A stretch of 41,470 nucleotides of DNA from Vicugna vicugna. Lineage: Eukaryota. This document shows, piece by piece, positions 1 through 9,239 of the stretch. The notes beneath the pieces are model-generated. The model worked only from the letters and a program-made list of their open reading frames with translations, was not told the DNA's origin and did no database searches. Position 1 is the stretch's first letter; every line of letters starts with the position of its first letter. Where the stretch lies: contig MU058374.1 of the NCBI GenBank assembly GCA_013265495.1, forward strand, positions 9,985-51,454, in the 5' to 3' direction. The position numbers and the translations under genes were made by a program.

Positions 1-520
1 TATCTGCAAATCTCGGGCTCTCAATTTACCCGTTCCCACTCCCTTCACCTCTGATAACAATAGTTTGTTCGCTCTGTGAGTCTGTTTCTGTTTTGCAGAT
101 AAGTCCATTTGCTTCTTCTCCTTTATATTCCACACTTAAGTGATATCATATGGTATTTATATTTCACTTTCTGGCTAATTTCACTTAGAATGCCCATCTC
201 CAAGTCTACCTATGTGTTGCAAATGGCATTATTTTATTCTTGTTTATGCCTTGAGTTGTATTCCACTGTGTAAATGTACCACAACTTATTTATCCAGTCA
301 TCTGTCGTTGGACATTTAGGTGTTTCTATGTCTTGGCTATTGTAAGTAGTGCTGCCATGAACATTGGGTTGCATGTATCTTTTCAATTAGAGTTTTCTCT
401 GGATATATGCACAAGAAGGGATTGCTGGATCATCGGGTAAATCTTTTTAGTTGTTTGAGGAAACTCCGTACTGTTTTCCGTAATGGCTGCACCAAACTTC
501 ATTCCCACCAACAGTGTAGG
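1..520 (-). mobile_element. LINE-1 3' end (ORF2 C-terminus/3'UTR), antisense
   Basis: Typical L1 antisense text: 'ttcacttagaatg...gttgcaaatggcattatt...ggacatttagg...gtgctgccatgaacattggg...gggattgctggatc...cattcccaccaacagtgtagg'. Confidence 0.9.
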
Positions 521-1576
521 GGGGGGGGTCCCATATAGGAGAACTGTTTCATACGCAAATACAAATCTGTTGACACCAGTCCACACACAGGTCCAGCCAT
601 GGGTGGGAAGGGAACAAATAGTAATTGTGGGGCGTCTTTGCAGACTCGTTAGTCCTTAAGGCCACAGCAAGATGGGTCGTCCTCCCTCACCCGGACAAGA
701 TGCCCCTGCACAGAAATCCCACAAATCCCACAGCGATGCTGACTGTCATTCCCCTTTTACACACCTTTAACAAGCACCCCGTGAACTTCCTCTCAGCCCA
801 TTCCCCTTGTGTCCTTGGGATTAACAGGGAGCTGCCTCCACCACTCCCCACATTGCAGTAATCCCAGGAGGCTAGAAGAGGCTCCCTCTACAATGGTGCA
901 GAGAGGCAAAAAGCCCTGTCTCTCAGGCCCAGTCTTCCCCTCTGATCAGGACACCCAGACAGGACACCCTGGCCTGTCATCTGGCTGCCTCAGAGAAGCA
1001 GACTGAAGCTCCCCAAGGACAAGGGCTGTCTCCAGGCTCCATTCTAGAGAGCTGGTTAGTGTCCAGAGGGCTGAAAGGCATGGAAACAGCTCTCCATCCC
1101 TAGTTTGCTCAGAGATACAGATGATGATGTTATGCCCCACAGGCCCGTGGCCAATCAGGCAAGAAGGAAAAGGACAATGCAGGGGCCCCTAGGGGAAGTG
1201 AGAGCCGCAGGCTCCCAGGAGCAGTCTGAGGACCCCGTGTCAATGTGGAGGAAGGTCTAGTCAGCCCCCTGTGGATCTGTAGCTCCTGGGACCTCCTCAG
1301 CCTCCTTCTCAGGACCCCTCTCTGTAGAGCAGTGCAGACATGAATAAGACTACAGTGGTCTGAGGTCATTTCCAAACAAAACTATCATTATTCACATTTT
1401 ACATACATCACCCCAAGGTGCTGCTCCCACCCACAGCCACCCAGACCCACCTTCCCCAGCCTCTAAGTCCCCCACCCCAGTCCACCCTGGCCCTGGGGTC
1501 AGCACTGAATGAGGAGCCCCCAAGTTCCTCTGGGGTCCCCCTGGGGACTGGCAGTGGAGGGCTGGCCCGCTGTTCC

Positions 1577-2364
1577 CTACTGGGTGCAGTGCCTCTTTCT
1601 CTTCCTCCTCCTCCTCCCTGCGACATACAGGTCACACCTTGTCTGTTTTGCCTGTGAGGGGCGAGCCAGCCCCAGAGTCAAGGCAGGCCCCCCAGATCCT
1701 GAGGTCAGGCCTGGACAGGGACAGCTTCCCAGCAGTCACTGGGCCTCCACTAGAGGCTGCTTCCTTGACTTGACAGCTGGTAGAGGTGCTTGGCTGAGGC
1801 CAGTTCTTTGACGGGAAGGAGCCTGGGGAGTCCCCCGAACTCTAGGGCAGACAAATCTCAAGGGCCCTGGGGCAGAGCTCTGGGACATCCCCCAGGGCCA
1901 CAGGCTGGACTGAGAGGCCAAGAGGAAGGCCAGGCTGCAGAGCTCCTCCTTGTACTCACTGGACCCATCCCTTGGCCCTGGGTCCTCCCTAAGAGGAGAC
2001 ATCTCTCTGAGAACTGAAGCATCACTGGGTCCCAGGCTCTGTGCAGTGCACTTTCGACCCTGGGGAGGCGAGAGGGGCTGTCCAGCTCAGAATGGAGGGA
2101 AACCGTGATGTCCTGGAGAGAGAATAAAGCCTTTGGTCCTGAACAGGCCATTGTCTGCTAAGTAGTGCCTTAGAAGTTCCTCAAAATCAATGTCTGGTGG
2201 GCTGTCTTTATCACTAACCCCTAGCTGGGGGCCTTGGTCACGTGTCTGGCATCTTGGCCAACATTAGACTCACGAGTGCTTAAGTCCAAATGGGGTGCAC
2301 TGTGACTGGTGGGTGCCCACACACCCAACTCCTCCTTCAGGGCCAGGAATTGTTTCTGCACCAG
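1577..2364 (-). pseudogene. NUTM2: NUTM2-like terminal coding exon, frameshifted, basic NLS-like C-terminus
   Basis: cctaccag|CTG GTG CAG AAA CAA TTC CTG GCC CTG AAG GAG GAG. Frameshift ~2243, then RDQGPQLGVSDKDSPPDIDFEE...PPF* (TGA 2087-2089) AGQPLSPPQG...GSSEYKEELCSLAFLLASQSSLWPWG...AVKSRKQPL. Further shifts ~1750 and ~1690, then ALTLGLARPSQAKQTRCDLYVAGRRRRKRKRHCTQ* (TAG 1577-1579). Confidence 0.85.
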
Positions 2365-2813
2365 CTGGTAGGAGGGAGGTGGACAGTGACTGGCCCCGCA
2401 TACATGAGTGAGGGGAGAAGGACTGCTGGGTAGGGGGATGATGGCATTGGGGAGCAAGAAAGGAGGCATCACCAGGACTCCAGTCAAAGTACAGACACTA
2501 GAGCACTCCTGCTGTCCTCCTGGGCCTTATTCCCAGCTGTGTGTCCTTCCTTTCTCTCTGGGCCCCCATCCTCTCCTTCCTATGGTCCTGCATCACACCC
2601 AGTCCCTAGCAGGCCCTCCACAAGGCCAGGCCTTTCAGGCAGGGGAGGGATGAACAGAGCCAGGTGGGCCTCTTGTTCTGTGGTCCCATCCCTCTCCCGG
2701 CTGACCTGGGTCCTTGCCTCCCTTGGTTACCTGCGTGTCTCTCGCCTTCCCTCTTCTACCTGGGGTCCATCCCTCCCTAGTCTCCCTGAGTGTCCCTGCC
2801 TCCTCTGGCTCAT

Positions 2814-2930
2814 CTCTTCAGGGGTGAGTCCTTCCTTCTGTTCCAACTGTTCAGCTAGGGCCAGGAGGTCCATCTGTGTTTCTGTGGAAAGCAGTTCTGC
2901 CAGTAATCGAGGGTGAATAACTGCCTCTCC
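2814..2930 (-). pseudogene. NUTM2: NUTM2-like exon (117 nt, phase 0 to 0) with mutated donor
   Basis: tccttcttag|GGA GAG GCA GTT ATT CAC CCT CGA...CCT GAA GAG|atgagc; GEAVIHPRLLAELLSTETQMDLLALAEQLEQKEGLTPEE. Not in the ORF track in this frame; translated by hand. Confidence 0.88.
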
Positions 2931-3056
2931 CTAAGAAGGAAGGAAGAGGCCTGGAGTAACTTTTGAGTCATGAATACCTGGAGGGAAAGTGAAAGACAGA
3001 CCCACCCCATTGTCCTCCACAAGGTAGCTTGTTTTAAACCACCGAGGCAGTCATCT

Positions 3057-3057
<1 letters not shown>

Positions 3058-3088
<31 letters not shown>
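3058..3088. repeat. (GA)n microsatellite
   Basis: Run of 'agagagag...' in a NUTM2-like intron. Confidence 0.95.
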
Positions 3089-3215
3089 CAAGAAAGCAAG
3101 CGAGAGCACTCAGGGATAAGGATCAGAACTTAAGTCCCAAAGGCCCGGGCAGAACCCCAGTGCTGAGTGCCAATCCCTGGAATCTTGCAGCCCCCAGGCT
3201 CCAGGCCCAGCCCAC

Positions 3216-3478
3216 CTTGGTGACGCAGGCTTCCTGGGAGCACAGCTTGTCAGTGTAGCTCAGGAGATCCGGGTCCATGTAGGTCCCGTTCTCTTCCTGC
3301 TTCAGTTCATTCCTGTCCTCTTTAAATTCTGCACCTACCTCCCCAGTGGCTGAGAGAACAGGCCCCACCAGCCCCTCCATGGTGTCCACATGCTCTTTCA
3401 CAGCCTCAGGGGGAATCTCCTTAGGTGCCATGTTCTCCTAGGGACACTGGGATCTGTGTAGCTTCCTGGGCACACACA
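3216..3478 (-). pseudogene. NUTM2: NUTM2-like exon (263 nt, phase 1 to 0), acidic region, with in-frame TAG
   Basis: ctgccccag|TG TGT GTG CCC AGG AAG...CCC TAG GAG AAC ATG GCA CCT AAG GAG ATT...ACC AAG|gtgggc; VCVPRKLHRSQCP*ENMAPKEIPPEAVKEHVDTMEGL...LLSYTDKLCSQEACVTK. Confidence 0.9.
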
Positions 3479-3950
3479 CTGGGGCAGAGCGGGAGGAGGA
3501 AATAAAGGTGAGGGGCTCCTGCGTCCAGCTCCTGACCACGCAGTGCACATGCTGGTTCAGACAGTGTTTGAACAACATGGGCGTGGGTGTCGTTCGAGTC
3601 AAGGCCAACTGTATCTTCACCCACAGTGATAGGGAATGAGGAGGGAGAGTTAAGGGGGAGGTTCTAAGAGAGTCACATGTGAGGAAGTGTGGAACCTCCA
3701 ATTTTCCAATTGTCTCCCCATCCAGCCTGCTTCTCAGGCAGGCTGTATGTGGTGTCCTTAGACAGGGAGGCGGGAGTTTTTAACTGACCAAATCAGTACC
3801 CTAGGGTGACAAAGGACAGCTGAGACCCCTCGATGGCTGTTGAGGCTGAAAGACCAGTAACCCTCTTGAGGGAAAAGGACTGATGTGGGGACAGTGGCTG
3901 TCCCTTACCCCTGTTATCTTTGTGTTCAGCTCCAGTGAGCACGTAGGTAC

Positions 3951-4090
3951 CTGGCTGAGGGACCACTTTTGGGGCTGGGGTCCCCCAAGGTTCTAGCTTT
4001 GGTGGGGCTGGAGAAGGCAGGCCCTGCACCCCCTTCATCCACTGCACCTGCTGAGTCTGCATTTCCTCCTTTGCCTCAAACTCCATGAAC
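3951..4090 (-). pseudogene. NUTM2: NUTM2-like exon (140 nt, phase 2 to 1)
   Basis: cccttcag|G TTC ATG GAG TTT GAG...CAG CCA G|gtacct; encodes [46 protein letters not shown]. Open frame, canonical splice sites. Confidence 0.9.
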
Positions 4091-4978
4091 CTGAAGGGTA
4101 AGGGAGGCACAGGCCATGCTGAGAAAAAGGCCTGGGCTCTGGAGCCCAACAAGGGAGCAGAGACAGAGGCATCAGAACAGGTTGTGCTGGGGACAGTCAA
4201 GGTCTGAGAGGTACTGTCCCCAGCGGGGAACTGCTACTGGAGCAAATATCATATCTGGGGACACCCTGCTTCCCCAGCACCGGATGGTGTTCAGTAGCAT
4301 ACACACAGGTTGCTGAATTGAAATGGGCCTGCATGGAAGACGTAGAGAGGAGATCAGGAAGGAGTCACATGGACTGTACTGAGAGCACTACCTGGATGTG
4401 ACATCTTGAGTGACGGTGACTCCTGGGAGAATAGAAGCCCTGGAGGGCAGGGCTGTTTTCTGCTGGATGCATTAAATGATGGTTGTTCCTAGGAAAGCAC
4501 CTGTCCCAAGGTTGTTTCCCAAAGCACATTCCTATTTGAGGAATGAATGAGCCCAATCAGCCCCATCACACAGATCTGAGTGGACCTGGGACCCCACTTC
4601 TCCCTCCCAGAGGTCCCTGCCCTCACTCTCCTAGGACAGGGACAGCTATTGGACCACAAGTCCTTTTTGAAATGGGAAAACAGTTCCACCCAAGGCCAAA
4701 GTCCCAGTGACCCAGGAGGTAGAGGCTTCCTCATGGGCAGGAGGACAATGGCCAATTAGCCCAAACACATCCTTCCAGCTGACGTTTCCAGGGGCCAGGG
4801 CCCCAGGAAACACTCCATGAAGGGCCCCCTCTGTTCCTGCCCTCCTAGGGCCTGATCCTCTCTTGACCCCAGTGTGCAGAGGGGCAAACTGAGGCTCACA
4901 GAGGTAGAGTGACAATCCCACATGTGACTGCTAGTAAGTGGCTGAGTCACCAATGTCCCATGAGAACAGAGTGCTCAC

Positions 4979-6446
4979 CTTTGGAACAGAAGGTCCAGCA
5001 CTTGCTGGGTGGTGGCGAAAGTTTATAGTTGCCCAGGAATGTGTGCAGGTAGGAGGGGTGGCCTCCCAGTACGGCAGGCACCAGGTTCACCACCAGCTTC
5101 TCCAGCCTGTGTCACTGAAGGCTCCACACCCTGTAGGTCTCATCCCTGCTCCCTGATGGTCCAGCTCCCCTCTGGGGTGGAAAGAGGAGAGACATGAGTC
5201 AGAGGCAGTACCAGGGACACCCAGGGGATTGGGGCTGGAGCTCAGACCAAATGGTTAAGCCTAAAGTTCTTGTGCCAGAGGTGGAAGAGGGAAGCCCTGA
5301 GGGGATTCAAGGTTCTCAGCATCACCAGTACAAGGGACGGAGGGCGATGATTAAATGCATTAGTGTCTGAGATCATTGTGTCAGCACAGCGGTGACAGCA
5401 CCTCCCTGATGAACTACTACATCCCTGTGACTGCTGCCACAACATCCCATTCTGGAGATGAGAACATAGAGGCTGATCCCAGGGTGGGAGGGATCAGGGA
5501 CCTCAGGCCAATGTGGACACATGGGGATGGAGGAGAAACAGGACGGTCTATAGAAAAATGCAGAAACTTCCTTGACTTAACATGAACTGAAATTCTGTCA
5601 AAGTCTCTGAGATTCTGACTCGTATGTGGGCACTGACTTTGCATCTGGCCAAGGCAGGGCCTGGGCTGTGAGGGCGGGTAGGAGAGATGGGGAATCAGAT
5701 TCCTTTGCCAGCAGGTCTCTAAGAGGGAGCCCAGGGAAGGAGCAGGGCAGCTCTGTGACCTGGGGCTTCCTGGGTGTGGAGTCTCCTCTCTCACACTCAC
5801 CCTGAGCCTGTCCTGGATTCTGTTGGTGTCATGGGTCACATGCCCGTCCTGCAGGGAGATGGCATGGGGTAGTCTATGGACCAGGTCCTGTGAGGAGTCC
5901 TGCAGACACAGTGCCCAGCAGCCAGGCAGAAACCTCAGAGCCCTGTCTGGTTGTCCTGACTGGTTCTCAGACCCATAAGACAGCTCCAGTCTCGACACGC
6001 ACACACCACTCTCTGCACAGACCTCCATCAGGGACAAAAAAGCTGACAACCTGAGGGCCTTGGATTCCCACTGGCACAGAGAAGAGGCCCCTCAGGAGTC
6101 CTCTTTCCCCCCTGCCAACCCTGTCTCAGGTGCGGCCATGACAGGACCACCAAGTTACCATGTGTTCAATGGCTGGTTCCTGCCCAGAGGGGACACCTCC
6201 CCTCAAGTCCCCCTTCCTCCACATGGAGATGAGGGGAGTGGGCCTGCCCAGGGAGGGCTCCCAGAGGAGGCTGGTCCCAGAGTGGCCTGCTCCAGGCCAG
6301 CTGGTTTTACCTTAAGTGACCGCCTTATAATAGACTGGAGGTGTTGGGGTTGAGGGTTCCACCAAAGCCTATGGCCTCTCAGAAACCTCTCACTCCAGGG
6401 TTTCCTGGAGTAGAAGCCCCGGGTGTTCATGAAACAGAAAGAACAT
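4979..6446 (-). pseudogene. RALGDS: RALGDS-like (ral guanine nucleotide dissociation stimulator-like) copy 1, exons 1-3
   Basis: Exon 1 6446/6430-6311 (ATG TTC then a 2-nt deletion vs copy 2; the second ATG gives MNTRGFYSRKPWSERFLRGHRLWWNPQPQHLQSIIRRSLK|gtaaaa). Exon 2 5899-5801 (DSSQDLVHRLPHAISLQDGHVTHDTNRIQDRLR|gtgagt). Exon 3 5171-4979 (RGAGPSGSRDETYRVWSLQ*HRLEKLVVNLVPAVLGGHPSYLHTFLGNY-fs-TFATTQQVLDLLFQ R|gtgagc), resembling the RALGDS REM segment LEKLVEHLVPAF...FTTTQQVLDLLFKR. Confidence 0.85.
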
Positions 6447-6549
6447 GTTTCTCTTTGAACTGTCTCCAGCCAAGTGAGGTTGCTCTCGGGCTGTCCCTAG
6501 AATGTGGGTGCCTGGTAACCAGGTTCCATTTCTGTTGGGGTCTGTGGTA

Positions 6550-6653
6550 AAGGAAGTGATGTCACTTCCTGGGGTCCACTTCCTGGAACCCCCTCCTCAG
6601 ACAACACCTCCACACACAGCCTTCTGGGCTGCTGCCTGCTCACCCCCTTCTCC
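6550..6653 (-). promoter_or_regulatory. Putative promoter core of the RALGDS-like module: ETS/CRE-like/ETS palindrome plus an extra ETS site
   Basis: AGGAAGTGA-TG-TCACTTCCT (6551-6570), ~105 bp upstream of the exon-1 ATG; near-identical in copy 2. Confidence 0.6.
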
Positions 6654-7030
6654 TCAGAAACCCACCTCTTCCACAGTTACTGCAGCCATACCGTCTCCAT
6701 GGCTCCCGGGGAGGCTCTGTTTGCAGCTATGAGGAGAGGACCTGGCTTCCAGACTCAACTCCTCATTGTTACCTGTTCTACGTCTTGTATTTATCCTGGT
6801 GTTTCTCCAGGACGGTCCCCAATCTGCACAGTGGGGCTGATTCTAGTAATACTTCTAGAGATGTCCTCAGGTGCGTGTGGGATAAGACCTGAGAAGTGTA
6901 GGAGTGGTGTCACTTATACGTGATGCCTCCAACCCCATGATTTTTTGTCTTATAACCAAGCTCACATCTGTTCCTCTCCTGATCCCACCCCATAGTCCTT
7001 AATGTCACTGTGCATGTGTGTCTATGTGTT

Positions 7031-7637
7031 TGTGTTTCTTTTTTTTTTTACATTTTTTATTGATTTATAATCATATTAGAATGTTGTGTCAAATTCCAGT
7101 GTTCAGCACAATATTTCAGTCATTCATGTACATATACACACTCATTGTCCCATTCTTTCCTCTGTGAGTTATCATAATATTTTGTGTATATTTCCCTGTG
7201 CTATACAGTGTAATCTTGTTTATCTATTCTACAATTTTGAAATCTCAGTCTATCCCTTCCCACCCTGCACCCCCCGGCAACCACAAGTGTATTCTCTGTC
7301 TATGAGTTTATTTCTGTCCTGTATTTATGCTTTGTTTTTGTCTGCTTGTTTCTTTTTGTTTTTGTTTTTTAGATTCCACATATGAGCAGCCTCATATGGT
7401 ATTTTTCTTTCTCTTTCTGGCTTACTTCACTTAGAATGACATTCTCCAGGAGCATACATGTTGCTGCAAATGGCATTATGTTGTCAGTTTTTATGGCTGA
7501 GTAGTATTCCATTGTATAAATATACCACATTTTCTTTATCCAGTCACCTGTTGATGGACATTTAGGCTGTTTCCATGTTTTGGCTATCGTAAATAGTGCT
7601 GCTATGAACATTGGGGTGCAGGTGTCTGTGTTTCTTT
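7031..7637 (-). mobile_element. Young 5'-truncated L1 (camelid-type 3' end) with 11-bp target-site duplication
   Basis: Poly-T head at ~7039. ORF 7369-7611 MFIAALFTIAKTWKQPKCPS... matches the L1 ORF2 C-terminal region. TGTGTTTCTTT at 7031-7041 and 7627-7637. Absent from the paralogous site ~37930. Confidence 0.95.
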
Positions 7638-9239
7638 GTGTGTGCTTCTACACATGTGCAAGCCAGTACTCACTCTCTGTGTGGCCAGCAGAAAACTCCC
7701 CCCATGTGGGAGGGGTAGGCAAGAGCTTCCTGAGGTCTGAGGGTTTCTAATTTCCAAAGCAAACCTTCTGAAAGGGGCTCAATTCTTGGCCAGCAGGTCA
7801 GAGCCCCGTGACCACAGGCCATGCAGTGAGCAGGGGCTGGAGCTAGGGTCACAGACTCACACAATCTGATTCCACTGTCCACACTCAGAAGCACAGTGCT
7901 GAGGGCAGGCAGACTGTCCCCTTCATGGGCACACAGCCTGGCAGGGTCATCTCTGGCTGGGCACACAGTGGTCCAGGGACAGACTGGCAGTTGAAGGGTT
8001 GCTGTCACCAGAGAGATCTGATAGTCTCATTTGGTGCTGCGTCTATGTTACTGTCCTCACATGCCTCTCCCCAAGTTCCAGCCCCAGTATAAACAGATTC
8101 CTTCCCCAGGAACAATAGGATTTTTATCCGCTGGAGTAAGAAGACCCTAAGTCTCAGTGGAAATTCCCTGGTAATCTGCTTCTCCCAGTGATTTCATGAG
8201 GAAAGTATCAGATATAATATAATCTCCTAAGTGTCTGAGGTTCAGTCTTCCCCAAGCTGCCTTCTGGAACTCTCTTCCCACCCATTCCTCTGTCCATGCA
8301 ACAGCGCCATTCTCCCCACCTGCTCAAACCAGAATCTGGGGCCCTGTCTGCTCCATCTGTCCTCCTCACCCTACATGGTGCCAGCTCCTCCCCTGTCCCT
8401 GGGTCCCAACTCCAAGTTACATTCATCATCTCTCTGTATCTCCCTCCCCTCTCTGTCCAGGCCACCACTGACACTGTCCTGGATTCATGCTCTTTGCTTC
8501 CCTTTCTCACTCCCTCTGAGCCAAGGGAGGGATGGTTAAAAGACAGATCTGTTCCTGTCACTCTGCTAACACACAGGGAACCACTCAGAGTCACTTTGGG
8601 GAAAAGCCCCAGTCCTCAGCCAGACCTGAAGGCCCTCCTCCTGCCAGCAGCCCACCTGGCCTTGCTGCCCCCAGTCCAGCCACTCTGGCCTCTGTCTGTT
8701 CTTCCAAGAACCACCCCCTGCCCTGCCTTCAAAAGCCCCAGGCTGGGAGCCCATTGAGCCCTTTACCTGGTGACTCCTCCTTCAGGTTTACCTCAAATGC
8801 TGGATGTTGGCCTGCCCTGGGCTCTCAGCTCCTCCCCCAGGGCTCTTTCCACAAACCAGGGAGTCGTTATTGTAGTCTGCTGGGCCCCAGGGTTGGTTTG
8901 GGGAAATTTCAGGAACTTGAGATCCTGGGCAACCTCCCAGTGCCTAGCCCTGTGACTCCTCCTGCCACTCGCTTGCAGGTGACCCAGAGGGCTTTGTCAC
9001 CCCGTGTGAACCTGGGAGAAAAGGCCCTGCAGCCCTCCAGAGCCCCTCCTCCCTGCTGGGATTCCAAGGGGAATTAAAAGGAGGGGAAAGCCAGAGCGGT
9101 GGGAGGGGCTTTCAGATCCTGACCTGCCCATCACAAGCCCAGATCTTCTTTAGTTTCCTAGGTTGGTCTTCCAAGGCTCAGGGTTCCTAGTCACGTGGGT
9201 GCAATCCTCTCTTCTTTTGTTTTACGATGTGGCTGGTAC

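Larger units (their letters stand above)
1577..4090 (-). pseudogene. NUTM2: NUT family member 2-like pseudogene, last four exons only (5'-truncated, multiple disablements)
   Basis: Four exons translate to NUT-family motifs: [11 protein letters not shown]...; KEIPPEAVKEHVDTMEGL...DPDLLSYTDKLCSQEACVTK; EAVIHPRLLAELLS...MDLLALAEQLEQKEGLT; LVQKQFLALKEE...EELCSLAFLLASQ...KRKRHCTQ*. In-frame stops at 3438-3440 and 2087-2089, about three frameshifts in the last exon, one GT>AT donor. Upstream NUTM2 exons not found. Confidence 0.9.
4350..9075 (+). repeat. Segmental duplication copy 1 (paralogous to ~35235-39830, direct orientation)
   Basis: Colinear matches, e.g. 'gtcacatggactgt' (4364 vs 35240), 'ggttcctgcccagaggggacacctcccctcaagtccc' (6175 vs 37061), 'ccactgacactgtcctggattcatgctctttgcttccctttctcactccctctga' (8465 vs 39249). 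Roughly 75-85% identity by eye. Confidence 0.95.

Noticed and set aside
1385..1400. NUTM2 polyadenylation signal
   Set aside because: The minus strand reads AATAAT rather than AATAAA; not supportable as functional.
5417..6049. Longest ORF (210 aa, minus strand) as a stand-alone gene
   Set aside because: Only 5801-5899 is exon-like (RALGDS-like exon 2). The rest is intron read-through and is not kept open in copy 2.
8208..9077. Overlapping 100-180 aa ORFs here and at 38973-39513 with similar peptides
   Set aside because: The similarity reflects the duplication. Frames and starts differ between copies, no domain is recognisable, and stop-poor GC-rich sequence explains the length.
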